The notes below the pieces were generated by a model that was given only the letters and a program-made list of their open reading frames with translations, did not search any database and was not told the origin of the DNA. From a virus: a DNA stretch of 64,000 nt. Made by a program: the position numbers and the translations under genes. Positions within the stretch are counted from its first letter, which is position 1, and each line of letters begins with the position of its first letter. Shown piece after piece: positions 52,021 to 60,813 of the stretch. The stretch lies in the IMG/VR virus record IMGVR_UViG_3300045988_154140, positions 4,555 to 68,554 of that record; one strand, given 5' to 3'.

Positions 52021-52291
52021 CGCGCACCTCCTCTCCTGCTGGATCCCGCCACATCATCTCGTCATCCTCCACTTCGGTAGTGGCGATAATGTTCCCCTCC
52101 GCCTCCAGCGTGTTGTACTCCTCACGCGCTGCCTCGTAGGCTGTGTATTCCTCTGGGTACTCCTCTCTGAAGGTGAGCCCCATCTTGATACATTTTGCTG
52201 CATGTGCGTCACTCTCGGCCATGATGGCCTGCAAGGCCATCTTGCGCTCTGCTATACGCTGCAGGGCGCTTTGCTTATCTTCTCTTGTCAT
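52007..52291 (-). CDS. Hypothetical 94-aa protein (MTREDKQSAL..)
   Basis: I chose the internal ATG because the longer ORF overlaps the RBP gene. Confidence 0.5.
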   Translation of the reverse strand: MTREDKQSALQRIAERKMALQAIMAESDAHAAKCIKMGLTFREEYPEEYTAYEAAREEYNTLEAEGNIIATTEVEDDEMMWRDPAGEEVRDEGR

Positions 52292-52301
52292 GCTCTGTGT
52301 G

Positions 52302-53546
52302 TTAATCAAAGGTGAGTGTTTGTTGAGAGACCCGGGAAGCCACAAGCCAGGAGATGCACACGGGCGTGGCGTACAGGCAGCCGTACATGCCGCGGCAATT
52401 CCAAGCGTTGCTGGGATTGCCGCGCACACACGTCCACTGCGTAGAACCGTTACTTATAGCCTGGCCTCCCGCTGCTATCATAGTTCGACTAAACACGTCA
52501 GGCGTTCCCGTTCCTTGCGTTATATCTCTCATAAGCTCTACAAGTTCCTTGGGTGTAGGAATATGCCATGAACCAGCTGGCAGGCAGGAGGTTGAGAAGT
52601 TGGCACACCATCCGCTTGCAGGGAACATGTATTTCGGTTTGGCCACCTTGCGCGAGGTGTAGGTGAAGGACGAGAGCCGCTTGCTCATCTCTATACCGTC
52701 GTACATCATGATGCCACCATCAGTGTCGGTGACAGACATACAGCTGTGCATGAATCGAAGCCAGCCCTCCTCGCCCTCGCCGTACACATCGCGCAATGCC
52801 TTGCAGAAGTCGCCTGGATTCTTGGCTGATGTTCCGAGCCAAGTAGGCAAGTTAATTGGCCATACCTGATTGATGCTCGTCTGTTCAGCCGTGCGCCCGC
52901 CTTGCTCTATCGAAGTGCCGTTGTCGTTACGGTAGTAGGCCAGCGAACTATGCCAAGAGCAGATGCCGCCGATTTGCGTCGCCTGTCCGCTCTTACGCCT
53001 TAGACGTGTGCATTGCTTGAACTCGGGCATACTGTTGGTCTTTGTGATACCTGATTTGGCAATGAAGTTGTAGTTCTGCCATGCGGCGAACACATAATGC
53101 ACGCGGACGCGCCCGTCAGCCGTGAGGTCGGCATACCAGTCCTGGTCGGTGAAGTCGGCATCCGCTTCAAAAGCGGCATTGAGCGCACTGATGAACTCCT
53201 CTACGGTGTTTGCCGTGTAGGTGATTGTCTTTTCCACACTCTTATCCCAGTTTGCCTTGGTGGGTATAGCCAGCACTATGGTGTGCTCCGCGCCGTCCAG
53301 CGTATAGCCGCTCAGATAGTACCACACACGGTCGCAGAATGCGATGGGACCCGAATTGTCCAGCCCGACAATAGTGACCTTCTTGCCTTCTCGATGAGAC
53401 ACCACACCCTGCACCTCCCACTCGCTCTTGTCCAGCTCGGACAAGACGAGCGTGTCACCCTTGATGTAAAATAGCTTCTTGTCGGAGAGCCGCCCTACGC
53501 ATGCGTCCCCGCGTTCTGGTATCTTAACGAATACATTATTTGCCAT
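52302..53546 (-). CDS. Receptor-binding / tail-fibre tip protein with DUF1566-like C-terminal domain
   Basis: GSWHIPTPKELVELM ... NAWNCRGMYGCLYATPVCISWLVASRV matches the W-x-L/I-P-T..EL pattern of DUF1566. Confidence 0.6.
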   Translation of the reverse strand: MANNVFVKIPERGDACVGRLSDKKLFYIKGDTLVLSELDKSEWEVQGVVSHREGKKVTIVGLDNSGPIAFCDRVWYYLSGYTLDGAEHTIVLAIPTKANWDKSVEKTITYTANTVEEFISALNAAFEADADFTDQDWYADLTADGRVRVHYVFAAWQNYNFIAKSGITKTNSMPEFKQCTRLRRKSGQATQIGGICSWHSSLAYYRNDNGTSIEQGGRTAEQTSINQVWPINLPTWLGTSAKNPGDFCKALRDVYGEGEEGWLRFMHSCMSVTDTDGGIMMYDGIEMSKRLSSFTYTSRKVAKPKYMFPASGWCANFSTSCLPAGSWHIPTPKELVELMRDITQGTGTPDVFSRTMIAAGGQAISNGSTQWTCVRGNPSNAWNCRGMYGCLYATPVCISWLVASRVSQQTLTFD

Positions 53547-53557
53547 ATCATTCTATC

Positions 53558-54031
53558 TTAAAAGTTCTTCCACACAAGCGAGCCTTCCTCGCGGCCGCGC
53601 ACAGCGATGTAGCGCCCGCCTGTAGTCGCGGTCGTGTTGATGTACTGCTGCCCGATGGCTGACGGTTCTCCATTCCAGTTGTAACCCTCCCCTGTGTCGG
53701 AATCAAACTGCTTCCAGTTGTCGGGTACGATGGCCTCCTGTGGGGTGCCTGCCCCGAACAGGATGCTGGGCTGGCCGCACAACAGGGGGAGCTCGCTGAA
53801 GTCGGTACTGGTGGCATCCTTGGCAAGCGCGTTGATGTCGTGCTCGGTAGCCTCCTTATGTGCATCCACTATCCCTTGCAATTCAGTCAGCAGTCCTTGC
53901 AGATTGGTCAGGCCTATCAGCAACACGTCCAGCTTTTCATATATGGGGCGCAGGTCAGCAGACGAGCCAGAACCACTGCCACTGCCTCCTCCAGCCTGCA
54001 TGCCTATGACGGGCAAGTTTATCTTATCCAT
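53558..54031 (-). CDS. Fibre-associated protein (157 aa), Gly/Ser linker then helical segment
   Basis: ORF track; GGGSGSGSGSS linker. Confidence 0.55.
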   Translation of the reverse strand: MDKINLPVIGMQAGGGSGSGSGSSADLRPIYEKLDVLLIGLTNLQGLLTELQGIVDAHKEATEHDINALAKDATSTDFSELPLLCGQPSILFGAGTPQEAIVPDNWKQFDSDTGEGYNWNGEPSAIGQQYINTTATTGGRYIAVRGREEGSLVWKNF

Positions 54032-54043
54032 ATCCGCTCCTCC

Positions 54044-54325
54044 TTACTCTACACCGTCCTGGCACAGCACGCAGGACTCTACTTCTGTTTCACTCTCCAT
54101 GCGCAGCGTCACACCCACGGGAAGATAGCCCGTCAGAAACGCGGTTACCCTCTGTTGGGTAACATGCACAGTCACTGGCTTCTTGCCTGCCGCGTAGGCA
54201 TACACACGCAGCCAGCCCATTTCCTTACGCTCTACCTGCACGTATGCCATGTTTGGTGATACTACCTCATCGCTTTGCCAGCAAGCCTTATCCTTGTTGT
54301 AGGTGAATTTTATATCCTTTACCAT
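54044..54325 (-). CDS. Hypothetical 93-aa protein
   Basis: ORF track. Confidence 0.55.
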   Translation of the reverse strand: MVKDIKFTYNKDKACWQSDEVVSPNMAYVQVERKEMGWLRVYAYAAGKKPVTVHVTQQRVTAFLTGYLPVGVTLRMESETEVESCVLCQDGVE

Positions 54326-54337
54326 AATCTCCTATAA

Positions 54338-55234
54338 TTATGCCATACTACTATTCTCCAGCGCCGAAAGTCTATTCTTTATGCTCTCCAGCATATCTAC
54401 GGTAGCAATCTCCTTAGTACCGACCTTAGCCTTATAGCCAGGGCCAGGCAAAAGCACAATATCGTCGAGTCCGCTCTTCACCACCACTTTATAGCCCTCG
54501 AGTTGGAGACATTTGCCGCTTCCCTCGGCATACACGCGAATGCTGTCGGCATGTATCTCGACAGAACCGTCTCCCTCCGTATAATAGCGGAGAGAGGTTC
54601 GTTTCTTCTCAGCCGCCTGCCGCGCATTCTCGTTCTGCTGTCTTACAATCTCTGAGCTGACACGCTTGCCCTCTGCGGACGAGCGGGATGCCTCTGCTGT
54701 CTGCCTCAGGGTCTCTGCGCTCTCAATCTCACTGATACGCTCGTTAAGCTCGGTGATGTTGGACACCCACTCGCTCTGACGCAGTGCGGTCTGCCCGCTT
54801 ATAACGGCTATCTCGTATGCGGACAAGCCATCATACCCATACGTAGCCACCATGCTGCGCACTTCGATATTGACAGCGCTTGACTCTGAGTAGTCGGCCT
54901 CGTTAGACACAGCAGTGATGCCAAACAGATCATCAACCTGTGAACGGCTCATCCTGCCAAGAGGCGGCAAGCTGGCATCGTTTCCTCCCTCAAAGGGATT
55001 GCAGGCCGACTTGAACCACACGGCAAGCAGGCCATACACTCCTTCTGGTAACCCAGTAGGAAGCGTTGTCGTTATGACGTTCTCACTCAGCGTATAGTTG
55101 AGTGGTATCTGCTCGTTGTTACTCGTCAGGAACACAAACAGAGACGAACGCCTAAAATCCTCCTTGACCTTAGACGCGCCTCTGCTTATTGTCCATGACA
55201 GATTTATTCTCTGATTACTGCCTACATACTTCAT
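54338..55234 (-). CDS. Tail-fibre-like protein (298 aa)
   Basis: YGYDGLSAYEIAVISGQTALRQSEWVSNI motif, common in phage fibre proteins, followed by a coiled coil. Confidence 0.6.
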   Translation of the reverse strand: MKYVGSNQRINLSWTISRGASKVKEDFRRSSLFVFLTSNNEQIPLNYTLSENVITTTLPTGLPEGVYGLLAVWFKSACNPFEGGNDASLPPLGRMSRSQVDDLFGITAVSNEADYSESSAVNIEVRSMVATYGYDGLSAYEIAVISGQTALRQSEWVSNITELNERISEIESAETLRQTAEASRSSAEGKRVSSEIVRQQNENARQAAEKKRTSLRYYTEGDGSVEIHADSIRVYAEGSGKCLQLEGYKVVVKSGLDDIVLLPGPGYKAKVGTKEIATVDMLESIKNRLSALENSSMA

Positions 55235-55280
55235 ATCGTAATGTTATATGCCGCAAAGTTAATCCGCACAGCCATAAGGG

Positions 55281-55297
55281 TTTGACGAATTATCAAA
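55281..55297 (-). promoter_or_regulatory. 17-bp palindrome TTTGATAATTCGTCAAA (minus-strand reading), 19 bp upstream of -7 box TAACTTTG (55254-55261)
   Basis: Identical 18-mer to 60298-60315; upstream of the fibre operon ATG 55234. Confidence 0.6.
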
Positions 55298-55676
55298 TCT
55301 TCCTTCGCAAGACGAGCACAACAGCCGCGCCTGCCACAAGCATCGCCCAGCCGCCCCAGTCTTGCTTGGTACGCTGCCACCGCGTAAGCGTGCGCTCCAC
55401 GGGGTAGGGCTTGGGGATGCTGTCGGTCTTGTTGATATAGAGGGTGTCGCATGTCTTATGCCGTTCCACACGCACATGCCATCTGTCCATCCACACCGTA
55501 TCACGCCCCTCACGCACGTGTACGCTGTCATACATCCACACGCTATCCACACGCTCCTTGTATTGTATAAGCGTGTCTGAGCGTGTCTGCATGATGGGAA
55601 CATACTCTGTGCGTACAGAGCGGCAGGAACACAGACAGAGAGCGCAGAGGAGCGCTATCAGACAGCCCCTGCCCAT
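55293..55676 (-). CDS. Unimolecular-spanin-like protein (N-terminal lipoprotein signal plus C-terminal TM)
   Basis: MGRGCLIALLCALCLCSC.. and C-terminal WAMLVAGAAVVLVLRRKI; directly after the lysozyme gene. Confidence 0.55.
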   Translation of the reverse strand: MGRGCLIALLCALCLCSCRSVRTEYVPIMQTRSDTLIQYKERVDSVWMYDSVHVREGRDTVWMDRWHVRVERHKTCDTLYINKTDSIPKPYPVERTLTRWQRTKQDWGGWAMLVAGAAVVLVLRRKI

Positions 55677-56095
55677 CGTGCAGCCTCCCATGCTCTGCGT
55701 CTCACAAGGCCAGGCAGCTTCTTGTTGCCCGCCTTCACCCATCTTCCGAACTCATGGTAAATGGTTGGATTAGCAGGATTGGCAAGTATCTTCTTGGCCA
55801 TCGTGCTGCGCTTGAAATTACCGATGCCCACGTTATAGGCAAAGCTTACTATGGCATCCCACTGGTTATCGGTCAGTTTCACGTCTCCCAAGAACCTGCC
55901 CAATGCCTCCTCCTCAAGTTCGATGAACTCCTCAAGGTCTTTGTCAGCCTGCTCTTGCGTGATGGTCATACCCATCTCCACCCCGCGAGTCCTCCCGTAG
56001 CCTATGGTTGGAATACCCACGGCATCGCGGTATGCCTTAAGCTTGCAACCCTCAAAGGTCTTCATCTTCTCAAGTGCTTCTCTTGTAAACCTCAT
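55658..56095 (-). CDS. GH24 (T4-type) lysozyme / endolysin
   Basis: FEGCKLKAYRDAVGIPTIGYGRT, then NQWDAIVSFAYNVG. Confidence 0.9.
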   Translation of the reverse strand: MRFTREALEKMKTFEGCKLKAYRDAVGIPTIGYGRTRGVEMGMTITQEQADKDLEEFIELEEEALGRFLGDVKLTDNQWDAIVSFAYNVGIGNFKRSTMAKKILANPANPTIYHEFGRWVKAGNKKLPGLVRRRAWEAARWAGAV

Positions 56096-56598
56096 TCGCT
56101 CTCCCCCTCTTTCTTCTTATAAATCTTATTACGTCTGTCATTGGTGAGATACTGCACTATAGCCTGAGCTATCTCCTCGGGATCCGCGCGATGCTTGGCT
56201 ATCTCACTTGCAAGATGCGCCACTTGCTTCATCTCCTTCTTCTCCTTGTCGCTGGCAGGCTCCATGATGCTCTTGACCTCAATGACACCAACGAAGAACG
56301 CACCAGCAAAGGTGAACCAGGGAAACAGCGGCCAATGCCAGTCCGCGTAGTTGTTCAGATACCACAAGCCTATTATCTGCATCCCGTCCATGAGGAGCAG
56401 TGCAAACAGCATGTTGTAGTATCTGCCTATCTTAGCCACCGTCCGCTGCCATCCGTTGCTTGTTATGACCTCACCGCGCTGCCTGGCCTTGCGTATGCCC
56501 GCCCAGAAGTCGGACGCAACGAACAAGAGTGGAAGCAGCATGATAAGGCACTCCACGAAAAGCATCGCCACCAAGGGCTCTGTATTACTCGCCATCAT
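56092..56598 (-). CDS. Holin (phage_holin_4-like, 3-4 TM)
   Basis: SDFWAGIRKARQRGEVITSNGWQRTVAKI motif, several TM segments, 4-nt overlap with the lysozyme gene. Confidence 0.65.
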   Translation of the reverse strand: MMASNTEPLVAMLFVECLIMLLPLLFVASDFWAGIRKARQRGEVITSNGWQRTVAKIGRYYNMLFALLLMDGMQIIGLWYLNNYADWHWPLFPWFTFAGAFFVGVIEVKSIMEPASDKEKKEMKQVAHLASEIAKHRADPEEIAQAIVQYLTNDRRNKIYKKKEGESE

Positions 56599-57269
56599 AC
56601 TCCTCCTTTCTCTTGCTTCTCCTGCGCGCTAACACCCATGAGAGCCATCGCAAGGTTAAACATATCATCAGCATGCTGGTCGTTGAGTACGGTAAGCACA
56701 AGGCCTGACAGATAGTAGATATAAGCATCCTCAAGTTTCGCGCTGACATCTATGCCGTCATCAGCCCCTGTGTCCTCGACAAAGGTCATATACTCCACGC
56801 GCACGCTTGAGTCTATCTTCGGCAGGCTGTACAACTCAATCTGCCGCTCGCCGTTCTCAAGATTGACCGAGAGGAAAGCGGAAGGACGCTCAGGCGTTCC
56901 GCAAGCGTAAGGGTCGGACTGCTTGGCATACTCGTCCTCCTCATCGCTCTGCATCTCTGTCAAAGCCTTTGACCACCCTTGCACGCGGAGACTCTTCAGC
57001 CTCAGATAGCCAGGAACGGCCACCACACCCACGAAGTAACTGCCAAGTTCCCTCGTTCCTGTCACATGCGTTGCAGTCTCGCCTGCGTCCAGCAAGTCGG
57101 GGTCAGCCGTACCATGCACGAAGTTCAACGCCTCAAGGACATGCGCAGCGATGATGCTGTCAAGCTCTGCCTCGTCTGCCCCCGTGTAGAACTCCGAGTC
57201 GTTCACTCGTGCCTCGTTGATTGTCCTGCGCACACGAGACACTATATCCGCTCCCGTCAGGTGTGTCAT
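56595..57269 (-). CDS. Hypothetical 224-aa head-associated protein
   Basis: ORF track; position between the capsid genes and the lysis cassette. Confidence 0.6.
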   Translation of the reverse strand: MTHLTGADIVSRVRRTINEARVNDSEFYTGADEAELDSIIAAHVLEALNFVHGTADPDLLDAGETATHVTGTRELGSYFVGVVAVPGYLRLKSLRVQGWSKALTEMQSDEEDEYAKQSDPYACGTPERPSAFLSVNLENGERQIELYSLPKIDSSVRVEYMTFVEDTGADDGIDVSAKLEDAYIYYLSGLVLTVLNDQHADDMFNLAMALMGVSAQEKQEKGGV

Positions 57270-57276
57270 ACCGTTC

Positions 57277-57669
57277 TCAGTATCTCAGGTTAGGGAACTC
57301 AACGTTATACTGCTCCATCAGTGTCTTCAGGTCTCCCTCGCCTGTCACGTTGGCTCCAAGCTGGGTGAAGTAAAGCAGGGCATCGTTGACGCTCTTCACC
57401 TTGGTTATCTTGCGGGTCTTGGTTTTCTCGTTGGCAATCCTTGCCTCCACATCCTTAGTGCTGTCTGAATAGCTCTTCTTCAGGATGTAGAGACTACCAA
57501 AACGCGGGTCATGCTCCAGAGCGTCCTGCACGAACAGGCTGTCTGTCACAAGGCGGGCGCGGTTGCGTCTCTGGTCTCCTCCCTTGAAAGAAGCCATGAT
57601 TACCTGGCCGCAGTATGAAATGCGAAGGGTCATCGCATCGAAACGAGAAAGTTCATATATTTTCAGCAT
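57277..57669 (-). CDS. Hypothetical 130-aa protein
   Basis: ORF track. Confidence 0.6.
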   Translation of the reverse strand: MLKIYELSRFDAMTLRISYCGQVIMASFKGGDQRRNRARLVTDSLFVQDALEHDPRFGSLYILKKSYSDSTKDVEARIANEKTKTRKITKVKSVNDALLYFTQLGANVTGEGDLKTLMEQYNVEFPNLRY

Positions 57670-57698
57670 ACTTTCTTGAATTATTGTTAAGATTGAAG

Positions 57699-57731
57699 AA
57701 TGCCCGCCCCGTAGTTAGCGAGACGGGCATT
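57699..57731 (-). terminator. Hairpin AATGCCCG-N17-CGGGCATT directly after the capsid gene (attenuator/terminator)
   Basis: An 8-bp stem read directly; no clear T-run follows. Confidence 0.45.
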
Positions 57732-57762
57732 CAGGCTATTATACTAATCCCCTTAGAACTTG

Positions 57763-59427
57763 TCAGCCTACGAAGATGCTCTTGCCAGAGTAGGGCTTCC
57801 ACTCAGTACCGCTGTACTCGTACAGACCCATGGGCTTGCCAGACTCGTCGTTGATGAGATAGACAATATCCCCAGCAGCAGGAGCCGTCACGTCGGACAG
57901 AGTGTTCACGCTCTTCAGCACGGCATCCAAAGCGCTCAGCTTATAGCCTCCTACCAGAGTGGTGGGACCTACAATCATGCTGTTGAAGGTGTCGAGCTTC
58001 ACGCAGTCATCCTTGATGTAGTACTGAGACTTGGCCTCGCGTACTTCGCCGCCCTCTCCCTTCTCGTGGTTGATGTTGATGGTCTTGCCCGACTGATAGT
58101 AGAAGTGCTTGGCCTCCTCAACAGAGAAGATGATGGCGCACTCGCTGTAGCCGATGTCGTTCAGGCCGTACTCATGGACGAAGTTGAACTTGCCGAAGTT
58201 ACTCTCAAACGAGGTAATCTTAATCTTCGTGCTCTCGTCCGTGTAGTTGCGCACCGTATATTCCTTATGCTTGGAGAAGTCGATGTTCAGCAGGCGCTGG
58301 ATGAACTTGGTACCGCAGTAGGCAGTCAGCTCGTTGGGCGTGTCGTACTTGCCGCACAGCATAGCCTGTATGCCTATCAAGTCCTCAAAGTCTATCTGGC
58401 CATCGCTCAACTCGTAGCCAAGGCGCAGCTGACGCATGATACCATTCTCCGTGTAGGCGGTCTCAGTACCTGTACGCTCGTTGTGCTTGTAGAACTTGGC
58501 GGGAGCGCTGATGAGCATACTACGGGTACACTCTCTGCGGAACATCTCAAGGTTCCAGTCCTTAATGTCCTGCACGTTCCACTGAGCCTTCTTCTTGATA
58601 CGCTCGAACAGCTCGGTATAGGTGATGGCGCATACCTTCTTCTGCAAGTAGCACTGGGTCTCGATGGGCAGAGCGTTGTTGGGCTCCACCTCCACCTCGC
58701 TCTCACTCAAGGCGGGAGCCATGGGGAAGAAGGTCGTGCCAGCTGCTATCTCAGGAACGGTGGTAGTGGGGTCGCTGGCGCTCTTGCTGGGTCCGTTCAG
58801 CGCGCGAACGGTGATACCAGTAGTGCTCTTGTCAACAACGAACAGCACCAGAGGGGTGTTGTCCTTCACCTGTCCCTTGTAGCCAAGGGGAGCGCCTACC
58901 ATGATGGTAGCGTTGCGGCGGATGAGTTTCCAGTCATTCTTGGCAATCTCGGTAGAGGTAAGGGTAACCTCCTCTTCACCGCCAGTAATCTTGCCGATGC
59001 TGGTAAACTCCATGACGGCCTCGCCTACCTCCCAGTTCGTGGGCTCCTTGGTGTCAACCTTGATTTGCCTTGCCTTACGCAGAATGTCGGTGTGCAAGGG
59101 AAATCGGTACGCGCGAAACTTCGACACATAGTCATCGATGTGGTTTTCAGTCACGCCTGCCTGGTCAAGAGCACTGCCTGTAGCGGCGGCACTCTGCTGG
59201 TCAAGTCCCTTCTGTGGGCTGTCGGGGGTAGCACCCTCCAGCGGGGTATCCGCGTTGGGGTCGTTCTTCACCGCCTCATCAGTGCCGTCAGGATCCGCGG
59301 TGGTGCGGCCTACATCATCAAGGCCGACTGCTGCCATAGCCATGCCGCCGCTGGCGAAGGAAGCCAGAACACTAAGCACCAGCACAAGGAAGTGAAGGGG
59401 CTTGAACTCTCTCAGAATTTGCTTCAT
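57763..59427 (-). CDS. Probable major capsid protein (554 aa)
   Basis: Follows the scaffold-like gene and is followed by a strong hairpin. Composition is typical of large HK97-fold capsid proteins, but no diagnostic motif was recognised. Confidence 0.5.
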   Translation of the reverse strand: MKQILREFKPLHFLVLVLSVLASFASGGMAMAAVGLDDVGRTTADPDGTDEAVKNDPNADTPLEGATPDSPQKGLDQQSAAATGSALDQAGVTENHIDDYVSKFRAYRFPLHTDILRKARQIKVDTKEPTNWEVGEAVMEFTSIGKITGGEEEVTLTSTEIAKNDWKLIRRNATIMVGAPLGYKGQVKDNTPLVLFVVDKSTTGITVRALNGPSKSASDPTTTVPEIAAGTTFFPMAPALSESEVEVEPNNALPIETQCYLQKKVCAITYTELFERIKKKAQWNVQDIKDWNLEMFRRECTRSMLISAPAKFYKHNERTGTETAYTENGIMRQLRLGYELSDGQIDFEDLIGIQAMLCGKYDTPNELTAYCGTKFIQRLLNIDFSKHKEYTVRNYTDESTKIKITSFESNFGKFNFVHEYGLNDIGYSECAIIFSVEEAKHFYYQSGKTININHEKGEGGEVREAKSQYYIKDDCVKLDTFNSMIVGPTTLVGGYKLSALDAVLKSVNTLSDVTAPAAGDIVYLINDESGKPMGLYEYSGTEWKPYSGKSIFVG

Positions 59428-59472
59428 ACTTCTAACTTATCAAATTAACAACTAAAAAATGTTTCTCACTCT

Positions 59473-60243
59473 CTAATACTCGTCCTCGTCTCCTGCAAGG
59501 AACATGTTGCGCGAACGCTTCTGCTTAGGCTCGGGGCGCTTGATGGGGGACTGCTTGCCCGACACACGCTCCTGACTTGCCTCAAGGCTGCGCAGCTTGT
59601 CATCCACCTTCTTGCTAAGCCCTGCGGCCATACCCTCCTCATGAGCCTGGTCAACGTCCTTGTCGTGGGTCATACCCTTGGCAACCATCGCGAAATACTC
59701 GGGGTCAAGGATGCCATGCACCATGTCGTCCATGCCCTGGTACATCTTACCCACTATCTCCTGCGTCTGCTCCTCGCTCAGGCCAAGCTCCTCGGACTTC
59801 TTGCGGATAGCCTCGATGCTCTTGGGCATGTTCTCGGCCATCGCGTCATCAATCTTCTTGTTCTCGGCCTCACGCTCCAGATACTTGGAGTGAGCCTGTG
59901 CCAACTTGTCCGCATACTCGGGGTCGTCCTGAAGAGCCTTGAGGTCAAGGCCGCGCTGCTCGGTGAGGTAGATGATAGGGTCGAAGTCGTCCTGCTTGCC
60001 TGCCGCTATCACCATATCGCGGAATGCGGGGCTGGCCTTCATGCGGTCAGTAAGCTGCTTGCTGTTCTTCTCGTAACCCTCGTACTCATCGAATGCCTTG
60101 CCCATCTGGTCGTAGTAGGCATCCTCATCGTCCAGGTTCAAGTCGGGGTAACGCTTGCTCATGCGCCCACGGAACAAGTCGCGCTTGCTCTCCTTCGCGG
60201 GTTCAGCGGCAGTAGCCGCCTGTGGTGCTGTTGCTTGTGCCAT
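59473..60243 (-). CDS. Probable scaffolding protein (256 aa, acidic, helical)
   Basis: Charged helical composition, directly upstream of the capsid gene. Confidence 0.5.
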   Translation of the reverse strand: MAQATAPQAATAAEPAKESKRDLFRGRMSKRYPDLNLDDEDAYYDQMGKAFDEYEGYEKNSKQLTDRMKASPAFRDMVIAAGKQDDFDPIIYLTEQRGLDLKALQDDPEYADKLAQAHSKYLEREAENKKIDDAMAENMPKSIEAIRKKSEELGLSEEQTQEIVGKMYQGMDDMVHGILDPEYFAMVAKGMTHDKDVDQAHEEGMAAGLSKKVDDKLRSLEASQERVSGKQSPIKRPEPKQKRSRNMFLAGDEDEY

Positions 60244-60298
60244 ATATGTCTCTCGTGAATTTTATTCATCGCAAAAGTAGGAAGCGCGGCAACTAAAG

Positions 60299-60315
60299 TT
60301 TGACGAATTATCAAA
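60299..60315 (-). promoter_or_regulatory. 17-bp palindrome TTTGATAATTCGTCAAA (minus-strand reading), 19 bp upstream of -7 box TACTTTTG (60272-60279)
   Basis: Upstream of the scaffold/capsid operon ATG 60243. Confidence 0.6.
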
Positions 60316-60384
60316 ATCGCTATTGTGTGACCAATTTACAGAACGTCCTTTGTGCAATACAAACACCGAAAACTATTATTACAC

Positions 60385-60813
60385 ATGCCAAAAGACACTT
60401 GCAACTACAGACGAATGAGGGACGAAGCGCTCTATGCGGCCTTCAAGAGAGCACTCGCCGATGACCCGAGACTTACCGAAAACGAGGCGCTGAGGATAGC
60501 GCTCAGAGAGAAGCAGCCGCGTCTGTGGCTGTCCTTCTACGGGGCATACAGGATAGTGCTGGAGATAGCCAAGGGGAAGGACAAGCCGCAGAAGCACCTC
60601 GCAAGGGACGGTGTTGTGGAGAGCATACGCAGGAAGTATCTGCGGCTACGCTCGCACCGAACGTTCAAGAACTCATCCTCGCTCTTCATCACATCGTTCA
60701 TCATCACAGAACCAGCGGACGGATTCTATCTGTCCATGTCATACGCTAAACGGATTATATGGAAAATGCGAAAACAAAAGCAAAGCCTCTGGCGAAGACC
60801 GAGGACTATCTGA
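60385..60813 (+). CDS. Hypothetical basic 142-aa protein (MPKDTCNYRR..), first gene of the terminase operon
   Basis: ORF track with the start moved from GTG 60352 to ATG 60385. A small-terminase role is possible but unsupported. Confidence 0.5.
   Translation: MPKDTCNYRRMRDEALYAAFKRALADDPRLTENEALRIALREKQPRLWLSFYGAYRIVLEIAKGKDKPQKHLARDGVVESIRRKYLRLRSHRTFKNSSSLFITSFIITEPADGFYLSMSYAKRIIWKMRKQKQSLWRRPRTI

Noticed and set aside
52007-52429. The long 140-aa version of this ORF. Alternative frames 53548-53865, 55259-55603 and 55231-55452 were also considered.
   Set aside because: They overlap better-supported neighbours. Internal starts or the neighbouring frames give non-overlapping, tightly packed genes.
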